Shown: piece after piece, positions 1 to 9,724 of the stretch | How the letters are laid out: every line of letters starts with the position of its first letter | How positions within the stretch are numbered: the stretch's first letter is position 1 | Assembly (NCBI GenBank): GCA_031422435.1 | Contig: JANPLU010000016.1 | Location: 30,148 to 94,147, forward strand | Direction of reading: 5' to 3' | Source: Acaryochloridaceae cyanobacterium VAR_48_metabat_390 | Lineage (GTDB): Bacteria; Cyanobacteriota; Cyanobacteriia; Thermosynechococcales; Thermosynechococcaceae | Length of the DNA stretch: 64,000 nucleotides | Translations under genes and position numbers: made by a program | Notes under the pieces: model-generated | Databases searched by the model: none | What the model was told of the DNA's origin: nothing | What the model saw: only the letters and a program-made list of their open reading frames with translations

Positions 1-576
1 GATCCGCATCTTCAGAATGGTCACGACGAAGTTTAGCCCCGCCATAATCGAAGAGGTGCCCAGCACAATCACGCCTGCAATCCAGATTGCTTCCCCTGCT
101 TTATTGACCGTTAGGCTCAGCGGTGGGTAAGAGGTCCATCCGGCGCTGGCTGGGCCTACAAAAAAGCTGCACAACAGCAGAATTCCGGCAGGGGGGATCA
201 TCCAGAAGGCGATCGCATTTAGCCGAGGAAAGGCCATATCCCGCGCCCCAATCATGAGGGGAATCAGGAAGTTACCGAATCCTCCCGTTAGCGTGGGGAT
301 AATCCACAAAAAAATCATGATGGTGGCGTGGATGGTGAAGAGCGCGTTGTAGGTTTCACGACTGACAAAATCTACTTGAGGCGTTGCCAGCTCAGTCCGC
401 ACCAGCTCCGCTAAAACGCCACCAATGAGATAAAACACAAAGCTGGTAACAAGGTATTGAATGCCGATGACCTTATGGTCGGTGCTAAAGCTAAAATACT
501 CCCGCCAGTTTGAGCCATTATCAGCCTCTACTAGGGGTTCAAGCTGCCTTGGGTCTGACAGTTCGGCTTGGGTCAT
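1..576 (-). CDS. ctaD: Cytochrome c oxidase subunit I (5' part; runs off the window)
   Basis: Manual translation from the ATG at 576 gives MTQAELSDPRQLEPLVEADNGSNWREYFSFSTDHKVIGIQY... with HATIMIFLW and DMAFPRLNA motifs; lies directly downstream of ctaC. Not in the ORF track because it is truncated by the window edge. Confidence 0.95.
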   Translation of the reverse strand, partial: MTQAELSDPRQLEPLVEADNGSNWREYFSFSTDHKVIGIQYLVTSFVFYLIGGVLAELVRTELATPQVDFVSRETYNALFTIHATIMIFLWIIPTLTGGFGNFLIPLMIGARDMAFPRLNAIAFWMIPPAGILLLCSFFVGPASAGWTSYPPLSLTVNKAGEAIWIAGVIVLGTSSIMAGLNFVVTILKMRI

Positions 577-656
577 ATAGCGATCCTTAAAAACTTACAA
601 ACGGAGCAGGGGGAGCTAAATCTAAATCTCTCAGAATCTCTTAGAATCCTTTAGGA

Positions 657-1673
657 CTAGAGAGACTGTGCAATCTGGACAACTTCAGCCATCGAAATCG
701 CTTCATGACGTAAGTGATTCATCACGGAATGGTCAGAACCAAAGCCCATTGCTTTAACTTGAGAAGCCATTGCCTCGTCGTGAATCAGCGCTGCAACCGT
801 GACTGGATCTTTTGTTGCAACGGTCTTTTGGCTCTCTTCCCAAGCCTGATACTCCTCTGGAGACTGCACAATCACCCTTGTATTCATGCCGCCGTGGTAA
901 GCACCACAGAGTTCTGCACAAATTAAAGGATAGGTGCCGATGCGGTTGGGCGTAAAGCTAAGGTGCGTTTCTTGGCCTGGAATGGCATCTTGCTTAAGGC
1001 GAAACTCAGGCACCCAGAAGGCGTGGATCACGTCGTTAGCCGAAATATTGAGGCGTACCGGACGATTTTGAGGCAGTCTCAATTCTCCAGACACAATGCC
1101 CGTCTCAGGATAGGTCATAATCCAGGCATACTGAAGACCTTGGACGTTCACCACCAGAGGTTCTTGTGCCGCATTGTCTCCAGAAGAGATAGGAGGTGCT
1201 GCTAGAGGGTTAGAGAATAGGCTGCCGCCGCTCGGCATTGCCGCTGCCATTGCAGATCCAGGCATTGATGCCATAGTGGGGGCGTGCTGATGCGCCATGT
1301 GGTTAGAGCCAATGGCGTTACCACCATCTACAGCTTTATAAACATCAAAACTGTAAACTGCCAGCCACATCACAATGACCGTAGGCACAGCCGTCCATAA
1401 AATCTCGAGAGGGACATTGCCTTCAATCGGTGCTGCATCGGTGTCATCTCCAGGGCGACGACGAAAGAAAAAGACCGAGTACAGAATGGCTCCCTGAACA
1501 ATAAAAAACAATCCTGCTGAGATTGCCATCATTGCGTTAAACAAATCATCAATTTTTTTGGCTTCAAACGATGCGCTGACTGGCATCAGGCCATGATTTT
1601 GACCGATCCAGAGGCTTGCCAACGTTAGGGTGATCCCAACCACTAGTGCCGTTATTGTGCTTGGAACTTTCAC
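657..1673 (-). CDS. ctaC: Cytochrome c oxidase subunit II
   Basis: N-terminal TM segments; CuA motifs DVIHAFWVP and CAELCGAYHGGM. Confidence 0.96.
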   Translation of the reverse strand: MKVPSTITALVVGITLTLASLWIGQNHGLMPVSASFEAKKIDDLFNAMMAISAGLFFIVQGAILYSVFFFRRRPGDDTDAAPIEGNVPLEILWTAVPTVIVMWLAVYSFDVYKAVDGGNAIGSNHMAHQHAPTMASMPGSAMAAAMPSGGSLFSNPLAAPPISSGDNAAQEPLVVNVQGLQYAWIMTYPETGIVSGELRLPQNRPVRLNISANDVIHAFWVPEFRLKQDAIPGQETHLSFTPNRIGTYPLICAELCGAYHGGMNTRVIVQSPEEYQAWEESQKTVATKDPVTVAALIHDEAMASQVKAMGFGSDHSVMNHLRHEAISMAEVVQIAQSL

Positions 1674-2296
1674 TGCTATCCTCGACCGTACTGAAAAACG
1701 ACTGTTGGCTGGCTGCTACATTGCGACTTTAGGTCTTGCTCGGTTTTCTTTGTAAAACTGTGTTAGAGCAATTTACCTAAGCATGTAGGCTTTAAATATG
1801 CTGATGTTATCTCTCAGAGCGAATCAACATACTCTTAATAAGGTAAACCAGTGTCTCTGAGAAGTGGCATCACACATTACAGGTTGTGACAATTTTCCTG
1901 ATTTTTTTTGGGATCGGTGTCTGGTCTGAGTGAAAAGGTTAGGTAGGCATCATTTTCTCTGCTCTAAGGCGATCATCCATATCATTGTCACTGCTAAGGT
2001 CTTCTGCTCCAGTGCTAGAAAAGGCTTGAAGTCTCAGAAGCGGGTAAATCATCCATTCCTCTTTTACTATTTCTTAGGGTCAACATACCGTTAGATCCAG
2101 GCTCTCTTTCTCTAGAAATTGCCACCAAAATTCTGAGTGCTAAATAAGCTACGGTTGCCTCTCCAAATAACTCTTTACAATGAGAGTATATCTACGCTCT
2201 CAACCCCTTCTGCATCAAATATGGATCCCTAAGTCCTCAACGGTAAGCCTTATTGCCTTTAAACAGCATCTTTTTACTCATTACCTTTAGTGACTC

Positions 2297-3328
2297 ATGG
2301 CTGATAGCTCAATTAACCCGCCCCCTGCGATCTCCTCACTCTCAAAATCACCCCAGTTAAAATTTCTCAGCTCAACATCGCCGCTGTCAGTGATTCGCAA
2401 GATTGTTTATGGTGTAACGGTTGCAACCCTGGCTCTGATGGCGCTTGGCAGCGCAACTCGAGTGATGAATGCTGGTCTGTCTTGTCCTGACTGGCCGCTC
2501 TGTTATGGCGCCTTAGTACCCTCTACACAGATGAACCTTCAGGTATTTTTAGAGTGGTTTCATCGCCTAGTTGCATCTTCGATTGGGTTTGTAACACTAG
2601 GGGTAACGGCAGCCTGCTGGGGCTATCGTAAGGCCTTACCAGGCTGGCTACCCATTTCCATCACGCTGAGTTTGGGGATCGTCATTTTACAGGGCATTTT
2701 GGGCGGACTCACCGTCACCCAGCTTTTGCGGTTTGATATTGTGACCGCTCATCTCGCGACGGGGCTACTGTTTTTTTGCAGCATGGCGGTTATCAGCAGC
2801 TTCATTATGCCCTACCAAGGGACAGGCGTTGCTGGCAATCTTTACCTGTATGGGGGGGTGGCAGCGCTCTGCATTTATTTGCAAAGTGTATTGGGGGCGC
2901 TGGTCGCTTCGCGGTGGGCGGTGCATCAGTGTTTGGATACGGCACAGCTCTGTCAGGTGCTTAACAGCCATATGGTTAGCGCGATACCCGCTAGTTTGTC
3001 AGTACTGATAGTAGTCTATAAAACGTGGAGAACTGCGGCACTGCATCCTACCCTGCGCAAGTTGATGCGGATGGCGGTAGGGCTATTAGCGCTTCAGGTT
3101 GTGATCGGCGTTTCGACGCTGCGTCTGCACCTTCAGGTGGAGTGGCTGACGGTGTCTCATCAGGTTATTGGGGCAAGCTTATTCGGGACGCTCGTGCTGT
3201 TTAGCATGATTGCCCTGCGTGATCGCACCCAAGCAAACCATTACCTTTTTGCCATCCCTTCTTCAGCCGTTGCCGCTAGCGGGAGCATAGGAAGTAGCGG
3301 ATTTCACTCTTCACCCCTGTCACATTAG
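2297..3328 (+). CDS. ctaA: Heme A synthase (COX15/CtaA)
   Basis: AGLSCPDWPLCYG and EWFHR motifs; multi-TM; divergent from ctaC. Confidence 0.93.
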   Translation: MADSSINPPPAISSLSKSPQLKFLSSTSPLSVIRKIVYGVTVATLALMALGSATRVMNAGLSCPDWPLCYGALVPSTQMNLQVFLEWFHRLVASSIGFVTLGVTAACWGYRKALPGWLPISITLSLGIVILQGILGGLTVTQLLRFDIVTAHLATGLLFFCSMAVISSFIMPYQGTGVAGNLYLYGGVAALCIYLQSVLGALVASRWAVHQCLDTAQLCQVLNSHMVSAIPASLSVLIVVYKTWRTAALHPTLRKLMRMAVGLLALQVVIGVSTLRLHLQVEWLTVSHQVIGASLFGTLVLFSMIALRDRTQANHYLFAIPSSAVAASGSIGSSGFHSSPLSH

Positions 3329-3417
3329 TGTTGGCACGCAGTCTTCAGTTTACTTAAGAATATTGCAGTCAGCCTAAGCAAAGGTTGATTAGCTCATTTT
3401 TTGGGAGAGGAGTTTTT

Positions 3418-4404
3418 ATGTTAAAGATCATGCCTGCCGAGACGGTTCTATACCGAGCCTCCTTTGCCCTTCGTCTTTTAGACTATTACCAGCTTATGAA
3501 GCCTCGGCTCATTCTGCTGTTTCTGATTACCACAGCAGCGAGTATGTGGGTTGCCTCTCACGGTCAGGTCGATCTTTGGAAATTTTTTGTCACGCTCTTT
3601 AGTGGTGCTTGCGCAGCTGGTTCTGCCAATACCATCAACTGTCTTTACGACCGCGATATTGATGCCATTATGGAGCGCACCAGTACGCGGCCTTTACCTG
3701 CGGGGCGCGTGCAGCCTTGGCAGGCGGCAGTGTTTGCGATCGCCCTAGCTGCCACGGCGTTCATCCTCTTAGCGCACTTTGTGAATCTGCTGAGCGCTTG
3801 GCTTTCGATGTCTGGCATTGCGGTTTACATTGGCGTGTACACCCACTGGCTTAAGCGCTCCTCCTCTCAAAATATTGTGATTGGCGGTGCGGCAGGTGCG
3901 ATACCCCCCTTAGTGGGCTGGGCGGCTGCAACGGGGGATCTCAACCTCTCGGCCTGGGTGCTATTTGCCATTATTTTTGTTTGGACTCCACCCCATTTCT
4001 GGCCCCTCGCTATGATGATTGAAGAAGACTATGCCAAGGTCAACATTCCCATGATGCCTGTGGTTGAGGGCGCTCGGTCTACGGCGTGGCAAATTTTTTA
4101 CTACACGCTGCTGCTGCTGCCCGTATCGCTGCTGTTGGTATATCCCTGTGGCGCGTCGGGCGCACTTTATGGGGCGATCGCCCTTACTCTTGGGGTTTTG
4201 TTTATCAAAAAAGCAGTTTGGCTTCTTCAGACCCCCGAAGATAAATCTGTAGCGCGCTCAGTCTTCAAGTTTTCAATTCTCTACATGATGCTGCTCTGCC
4301 TGGGCATGACCATTGACAGCCTACCGTTTGTGCAAAATGCGATGTCTGCACTAACTCAGCCCATTCAGGCCATTATCCAGGCTATTCCAATCGTCCATGG
4401 ATGA
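3418..4404 (+). CDS. ctaB: Protoheme IX farnesyltransferase (heme O synthase)
   Basis: YDRDIDAIMERTSTRPLP and WTPPHFW motifs. ATG at 3418 follows GAGAGGAG; the ORF track starts at 3385. Confidence 0.95.
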   Translation: MLKIMPAETVLYRASFALRLLDYYQLMKPRLILLFLITTAASMWVASHGQVDLWKFFVTLFSGACAAGSANTINCLYDRDIDAIMERTSTRPLPAGRVQPWQAAVFAIALAATAFILLAHFVNLLSAWLSMSGIAVYIGVYTHWLKRSSSQNIVIGGAAGAIPPLVGWAAATGDLNLSAWVLFAIIFVWTPPHFWPLAMMIEEDYAKVNIPMMPVVEGARSTAWQIFYYTLLLLPVSLLLVYPCGASGALYGAIALTLGVLFIKKAVWLLQTPEDKSVARSVFKFSILYMMLLCLGMTIDSLPFVQNAMSALTQPIQAIIQAIPIVHG

Positions 4405-4407
4405 TAG

Positions 4408-4447
4408 CAATAATGCCCCAGAAGTAAAGCTTTCTGGGGCATTATTG
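4408..4447. terminator. Inverted repeat, probable bidirectional terminator
   Basis: CAATAATGCCCCAGAA-N8-TTCTGGGGCATTATTG, a perfect 16-bp stem between convergent genes. Confidence 0.8.
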
Positions 4448-4491
4448 AATTTTATGGCTCAATTTTGAATGAGATGAAGTATCGCTAAACC

Positions 4492-4965
4492 CTAGTCAAG
4501 GAAGCCCATGAGTTCATAAGGCTCATCAATTTGGTTAGATGCAATTGGACGATGATTGGGGAGAGAATCAGAGTTTGGCAGAGGGAATTTTGAGCGAACG
4601 ACCGGACGATGGTTGGGTAATGTGTCCGTATTCACGATCACAAGCCCCGACTTTACGATAGGACGATGATTGGGCAACATTTGGTCGTCAACCACAACTA
4701 AATGGGCAGAACTAATGGGACGGTATCCAGGATAGTCAGAATCTTCTTTCACAATGTCTACCACCGCTGATGAAATAGGCCGCATATTAGGCAAAGAAGA
4801 AGGCTGGTAAAGTTCGATGGCTTTCGACTTAGTGGCACTGGATTTACGGCGTCCAGAAGTCTTGCTTGCCGTGGTCGTGAGGGCGGCGGTTTTGCTGGTT
4901 GCCAATTGAGATTGCTCTGCGCCGTTGCTACCTGCCGTTTTGTCTGTGGCGTCCAACGTTGTCAT
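4492..4965 (-). CDS. Hypothetical protein with five LPNxRP[IV]-type repeats
   Basis: Low-complexity S/T/K N-terminus followed by 19-20 aa repeat units. Confidence 0.75.
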   Translation of the reverse strand: MTTLDATDKTAGSNGAEQSQLATSKTAALTTTASKTSGRRKSSATKSKAIELYQPSSLPNMRPISSAVVDIVKEDSDYPGYRPISSAHLVVVDDQMLPNHRPIVKSGLVIVNTDTLPNHRPVVRSKFPLPNSDSLPNHRPIASNQIDEPYELMGFLD

Positions 4966-5111
4966 GACGATTTCCTATCGTAAATCTTTGAGACTAGCTT
5001 TAGTAATTCATCATACCCTGATCGGTTCACGCTCTTATGCCGCAAAGTTGAGTTGCCGGTTGAGTAAATCTTATCGAAGTAGCAGTGACTGATTATCGCT
5101 CCATACGTGGC

Positions 5112-5591
5112 CTAGGACAGGGAGAGATCGGATTGAGTGGATGCTTCATGCAGATTTTGGGTGTGCAGCTTGGTGATCGCCACCGTCACAGCTCCAAGAC
5201 CTTGTAATCCCCGAAAGACCTGCTTTGGCACTATCAGGGTTGACCCTAGTTCTAGACTAGCTTGGGCGGCGGCTCTTAGGGCTGCCGCCTCGCAAACGCT
5301 AGACACACCTACGGCAGCTTTGACCACTACGGAAGGATTGGGGACGGTGTACAGCTCTAGTTCTGCTTGGGTAAAGTAAATCAGCGGCCAGTTTTGAGCA
5401 AGGCTAAACTCCAGCAATCTTGGATCTGTTCGTTTAGAGTCTATTGTGGCTAATCCGGCGATCCTTGCCCAATCAATAGAATACTGACGGCAGACTATTT
5501 GTAGCGCCTGCTCAAAAAAGGAAACTGGCGTTCCTTGTCGGTAGCCTAAACCAACCCATAGATTAGCCGTGAGATACAGGGGGGCAATCAC
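5112..5591 (-). CDS. Cobalamin biosynthesis protein, stand-alone CbiG C-terminal/CobE-like domain
   Basis: LWVGLGYRQG, LATIDSK, PNPSVVV..AVGVSSVCEAAAL and VTVAI motifs. Confidence 0.8.
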   Translation of the reverse strand: MIAPLYLTANLWVGLGYRQGTPVSFFEQALQIVCRQYSIDWARIAGLATIDSKRTDPRLLEFSLAQNWPLIYFTQAELELYTVPNPSVVVKAAVGVSSVCEAAALRAAAQASLELGSTLIVPKQVFRGLQGLGAVTVAITKLHTQNLHEASTQSDLSLS

Positions 5592-5950
5592 TAAAAAAAC
5601 GGAAGAAGACTTTTCAACAGCTTACGAAGCCGCAGCAGTTCTACGGCTCGATAAATTGACGGAGCAAGTCGAGGGGGCACCGCTGCCGCTGTCCCCACCT
5701 GAAGCTGCTTTTGTTCATTGGCACTGCTAGTGGCAGACTGTGCTAATCCTGTCAGTGAGGAGTTGGCTTCGGTCGTGATTTGCGTTTGCAGCATTTCTTC
5801 AGGAACATCTTGTGCAACTGTCTCTACCTGAGTCAATCCGCTACGTGGAACCCCAATCTCCCAGCCCAGTAAAATTGTGGGGGTAAGCAGTGCCAGTCTT
5901 ATTAAAGACCAGTAAACCAATGAACTGAACTCAATCGTTCTTTTTCCCAT
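5591..5950 (-). CDS. Cyanobacterial hypothetical protein
   Basis: ATG ORF abutting the cbiG-like gene; hydrophobic N-terminus; C-terminal LLRLRKLLKSLLPFF. Confidence 0.6.
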   Translation of the reverse strand: MGKRTIEFSSLVYWSLIRLALLTPTILLGWEIGVPRSGLTQVETVAQDVPEEMLQTQITTEANSSLTGLAQSATSSANEQKQLQVGTAAAVPPRLAPSIYRAVELLRLRKLLKSLLPFF

Positions 5951-6024
5951 GGTTAATTAAGAGGAGCTATTGCTGCTAGTTTAGACTCAAAGGCATTGAA
6001 GTCTTAAATGACGTAGCGCTCAAA

Positions 6025-6070
6025 AAAATGTCCCGGCAAAGCTCTCAAAGAGAGGTTACTGGGACATTTT
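6025..6070 (-). terminator. Rho-independent terminator downstream of the small lipoprotein genes
   Basis: AAAATGTCCC...GGGACATTTT stem; a T7 run ends the stem on the minus strand. Confidence 0.65.
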
Positions 6071-6124
6071 AGCTAAACTACAGAATTTTGTAGTCTATAA
6101 ATCAACCTTTTGTAAGCTGTACTA

Positions 6125-6259
6125 CTACTTAGGAGAAGGAGACATCGCGGGAGATGTTGTGGCCGACGGAGAAGCAGCTGGTTCTGATCCACCACCGCAA
6201 GCACCCAATGTTGTTGCAATACCTAGTGCAAAAACGATTGCCAAAATTCTAGTGTTCAT
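6125..6259 (-). CDS. Small 44-aa lipoprotein (not in ORF track)
   Basis: MNTRILAIVFALGIATTLGA-CGGGSEPAASPSATTSPAMSPSPK*; GAGGAG RBS upstream, LGAC lipobox, tandem TAG stops. Confidence 0.8.
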   Translation of the reverse strand: MNTRILAIVFALGIATTLGACGGGSEPAASPSATTSPAMSPSPK

Positions 6260-6350
6260 GATCTTAGACTCCTCACTACATCAAACGTGAAACTAGGAAT
6301 ATTCTACAAGAAATTTACTTAAACTCGGTTTTTAACCGAATAAAGTTGGG

Positions 6351-6605
6351 TTAAGGGGATTTTTTAGGCACGGCTGAAGGTGACACTGTGGGGGTAACGG
6401 TTGCGGTCACTGTGGGCGAGCCTGTTGCAGAAATAGTTGGAGTCACCGTCGCAGAAACGGTTGGCGACCCAGCAGGGGATGCAGGGGTCGTTGCGGCAGG
6501 AGACATTTCTGGAGAGGCTGCTGGCGTTTCTGAACCTGAGCCACAAGCGCTGAGGGGCAGTAAAAGACTCATTGCAGATACAACAGCAATCAACTTACTC
6601 TTCAT
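6351..6605 (-). CDS. Small S/T/P-rich lipoprotein
   Basis: MKSKLIAVVSAMSLLLPLSA-CGSGSETPAASP... with LSAC lipobox. ATG at 6605 preferred over the GTG at 6620. Confidence 0.8.
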   Translation of the reverse strand: MKSKLIAVVSAMSLLLPLSACGSGSETPAASPEMSPAATTPASPAGSPTVSATVTPTISATGSPTVTATVTPTVSPSAVPKKSP

Positions 6606-6716
6606 AAAAAGTTTAAACACAACTAATGGAAATAAATTCTCTATCGAGCATTCCTACTTTGTCAATCTTCAAATTCATGTTTGTAGAATTTAATTGAATT
6701 GACCAGGGATGCCTGC

Positions 6717-7382
6717 TTAGTTTACTTCAGAGTGATGCGTTTGATGAAGATAGTCAAAGACGGTTTTGTCGCCAATGTCGGGGGGGATAGACTGTGTGTC
6801 TTTATCTAGGGCAAACCATAGAAACAGAATGGCCCAGGTCCCTAGCAGTCCTTTTTCAATGGGGACTGGGAGCGCGCCTAACCAGTGACCAAGCAGCAGC
6901 ACGGGAACCAGCAGTATTAATGCTTTGGCCTGAGGCCGATTAAAGCAAAAGGCTTCTTTGACAAACAGCCCTGTGAGGGCAACAAATACAAACCCTACGC
7001 CCATTAACTCAATGGCAAAGGGTGGATAAAGCGTTGTGACGAGAGCCTGAGGCTGAAGGATAAATACGGTTAGTGCTGTGGCACACCCAAAGCCCCAGCA
7101 AAGCTGAAGCGCAATATGAAGCGGTTTAAGGTAGATATGAATTGTCCACAGGCAAAGCCCCAATGCGGCACAGAATAGTGCAAATAACAGATCGAGCGCT
7201 ACGGCTAGTCTGGGCTGGAAATTCCACCCTAAGATTAGAACTGTGCCGAGTCCAAGGGCGATCGCCGCAGTGGTTAGCCCAGCACGATACAAGACAACGC
7301 CCAATCGATCTTGGGCTGTTACCGTAAACGTTCCAAACTGTCCTTGATAAACTTCACCAGTCTCTTGCAGCCATGCCACCAT
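6717..7382 (-). CDS. DUF2301 family membrane protein
   Basis: YQGQFGTFTVT, IHIYLKPLH, KEAFCF and DIGDKTVF motifs. Confidence 0.8.
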   Translation of the reverse strand: MVAWLQETGEVYQGQFGTFTVTAQDRLGVVLYRAGLTTAAIALGLGTVLILGWNFQPRLAVALDLLFALFCAALGLCLWTIHIYLKPLHIALQLCWGFGCATALTVFILQPQALVTTLYPPFAIELMGVGFVFVALTGLFVKEAFCFNRPQAKALILLVPVLLLGHWLGALPVPIEKGLLGTWAILFLWFALDKDTQSIPPDIGDKTVFDYLHQTHHSEVN

Positions 7383-7808
7383 AGAGCGCCTCTTTTGGAT
7401 GTTGAATGGGGTGAACTTCTCTTAGATTAGGCCATCTGAAGGGTAAGTAGCGGAGGATAGTTCCGTAGATCTACCGATGGCAGCCGACTTTTGACGCAAA
7501 ATATAGACTCTACATATTTCTTTCTAGAAAGAAATTTATATTTTGTGGTTCAGTTTGAGTAAAACCAGTGCCCAAATGGGGCAACATAGAAACACAAAAG
7601 AAAGAAGATGGCGTTCACGTAAGCATCTCAGGATTTCGCAGCGTTAGCTCCTCATCACAAATATGCATATATGTAAAATTACCTAAGTAGTTGTGCGGAC
7701 AATCTAACAAGATTTCTCCGCTAAAACCCGTGTTTTAACGATGGCTTTGAGGGTGGGGTCTGTCGATAATGAGACTCAATGGTTCATCAATGAAAGCGGA
7801 TACCCACC

Positions 7809-8612
7809 ATGGCTTACCAAACTTCTTCCCATTCCCAAACCATCGAACTGCTTATGGCCTATCGCCAACGTCCGACCGTGCAGTTGCGCAATCGTCTTGT
7901 AAAGCTCAACTTGGGTTTGGTTCGTAAGGTGGCTCATCGTTTATCTCACCAGTGTGCTGAACCCTACGAAGATCTTGAGCAGTGTGGCTATCTGGGTCTG
8001 ATTACGGCGATTGAGCGGTTTGACCCATCTCAAGGCTATGCCTTTAGCTCTTTTGCCGTGCCCTATATTCGGGGCGAAATTCTCCACTTCCTAAGAGATC
8101 GTGCTAACACGGTTCGCATTCCTCGTCGCTGGCAGCAGTTGAGCCGTGATGGAGAAAAAGCCAGACAGGTTTTGACAGTAGACTTAGGCCGTCAGCCCAA
8201 TGACCAAGAAATTGCGATCGCGCTCCAGGTTGACCTCAATGAATGGCGCTCTGTCAAACTTGCTTCTTCTAACCGAGTGCCGTTGAGCCTCAATGCACGC
8301 GTCCCCTCCAGCAGCCATCAGCAGACCGATTCTGCGATGACCTTGGGTGATACCCTCATGGATATTCGTACTTCGATTCAGCAAGGCAATGAAGAAGAGC
8401 GTTTGGAGCTTCAGCACGCCCTAAACCAGCTTGAAGAAAAGACTCGTGAAATGATTGAGTCGGTATTCTTGCATCAGCACTCTCGACAAGAAGTGGCTGC
8501 CCGTATTGGTGTTAGCCCTGTGACCGTCACGCGCCGCATTAAGAAAGGGATTGAGGAACTGGTTGGATTGCTTCATCATCAGTCTGCTTTAACCGTTTCG
8601 GCTGAAGCCTAG
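7809..8612 (+). CDS. sigF: RNA polymerase sigma factor SigF (group 3)
   Basis: EPYEDLEQ, AIERFDPSQGYAFSSFAVPYIRGEILHFLRD, and region 4 HTH GVSPVTVTRR. Confidence 0.9.
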   Translation: MAYQTSSHSQTIELLMAYRQRPTVQLRNRLVKLNLGLVRKVAHRLSHQCAEPYEDLEQCGYLGLITAIERFDPSQGYAFSSFAVPYIRGEILHFLRDRANTVRIPRRWQQLSRDGEKARQVLTVDLGRQPNDQEIAIALQVDLNEWRSVKLASSNRVPLSLNARVPSSSHQQTDSAMTLGDTLMDIRTSIQQGNEEERLELQHALNQLEEKTREMIESVFLHQHSRQEVAARIGVSPVTVTRRIKKGIEELVGLLHHQSALTVSAEA

Positions 8613-8755
8613 GCTTGAGAGGGGCGTATGTTGCCAAAGTCTGACGATTCTCGGTAGACACCAACGCAAATTGACTTACATAATGATCACAGTCTTAAAA
8701 ACCACAAGTCCTCGATGGACTCTTGGGGGCTGTTGTTATAGATGAGTTTTTGACT

Positions 8756-9019
8756 GTGAATGCTCGGCATCTTCCCCATACTACGGCTCATGTCCGCGTG
8801 ACTCGGCATTCTTGGCAAGATGGTCAAATTGCCGGAGAGGTGATTGCTAGCCAGTACGTGTGGCAGTTTCAGTGGGAGTTTAGGCAAGGTAAGCTGTTTG
8901 TCTCGCCTTCGTTGGGGCGATCGCTCATCATAGAGCCGCTGAACAGGTTTTTGGAGCAGCAAGACTATCGTCTAGAACCTGGTGGCGATTACTCGTTTCA
9001 AATTCGATCGCAGTTTTAA
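8756..9019 (+). CDS. DUF3146 family protein
   Basis: LPHTTAHVRVTRHSW...PSLGRSLIIEPL..FLE..DY.LEPGGDY motif. GTG start at 8756 is inferred; the track starts at 8723. Confidence 0.75.
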   Translation: MNARHLPHTTAHVRVTRHSWQDGQIAGEVIASQYVWQFQWEFRQGKLFVSPSLGRSLIIEPLNRFLEQQDYRLEPGGDYSFQIRSQF

Positions 9020-9075
9020 GATTGACATTCTCGTCTGGCATTCTTGGCTGTGGTCATGATGGTTAGCCGCCGTCT

Positions 9076-9534
9076 CTAAATAGATTCTGCGACCTGTTTG
9101 AGCCGCAGGAGCTGAGCCTGCATATCTTTGTGCGTCCATTGAGCAGCAAAAGTCCGGAAGCCAAAGGCAATGACGGGGTTTGGTATTTGAAATTCAAATC
9201 GGTTTATAAGGCAGGTAAAATTCTGGTGGGGGATGCATTCCCAGCGGTCATTTCCCTTGAAAAAGCCGTTAAATTCCCAAACGACTAGCCCTAAACGCCG
9301 CTCAGTCACGACGCTTTGTAGGGCTGGATAGATGAGCGGAACCTGAAGAATAAACTGACTTTTTGCGCCCACGGCGGTACTCCATTCGCCAAGAGGGTTA
9401 CATTGCAGGGCTGGGTTGAGCCATTGGTGCATCAATAGGCGGTCGGTAATAGTACGATCAACCGTCTCCAGTGGTGCGTTAATTTGAATGGTCTGCTCAA
9501 AAGTTTGGCGGTTAGTATTCATTGCTGAATTCAT
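9076..9534 (-). CDS. SRPBCC/polyketide cyclase-like protein
   Basis: FEQTIQINA, LMHQWLNP and GFFKGNDRWEC motifs. Confidence 0.7.
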   Translation of the reverse strand: MNSAMNTNRQTFEQTIQINAPLETVDRTITDRLLMHQWLNPALQCNPLGEWSTAVGAKSQFILQVPLIYPALQSVVTERRLGLVVWEFNGFFKGNDRWECIPHQNFTCLINRFEFQIPNPVIAFGFRTFAAQWTHKDMQAQLLRLKQVAESI

Positions 9535-9724
9535 TGATTGAAAGGTGCCACAGGCATTGTGTTGGCTTCATCAAAGAATAGCAGCAGCTTATCGACAGTC
9601 CTAGCAGATGGATGGGTCTCGTCTAAATTTTTGTGCGATCGGCGCATGTAAAAGCGATCATTTATGTCTATGCTGATTTATTGCTGGACTTGAGCGTATT
9701 AGTTACGTAAGGAAGACGCCGATT

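Noticed and set aside
7441..7447. GGGTAAG SigF-like promoter element upstream of sigF, also at 42251-42257 on the minus strand
   Set aside because: Short motif that also occurs in unrelated places; cannot be supported without TSS data.
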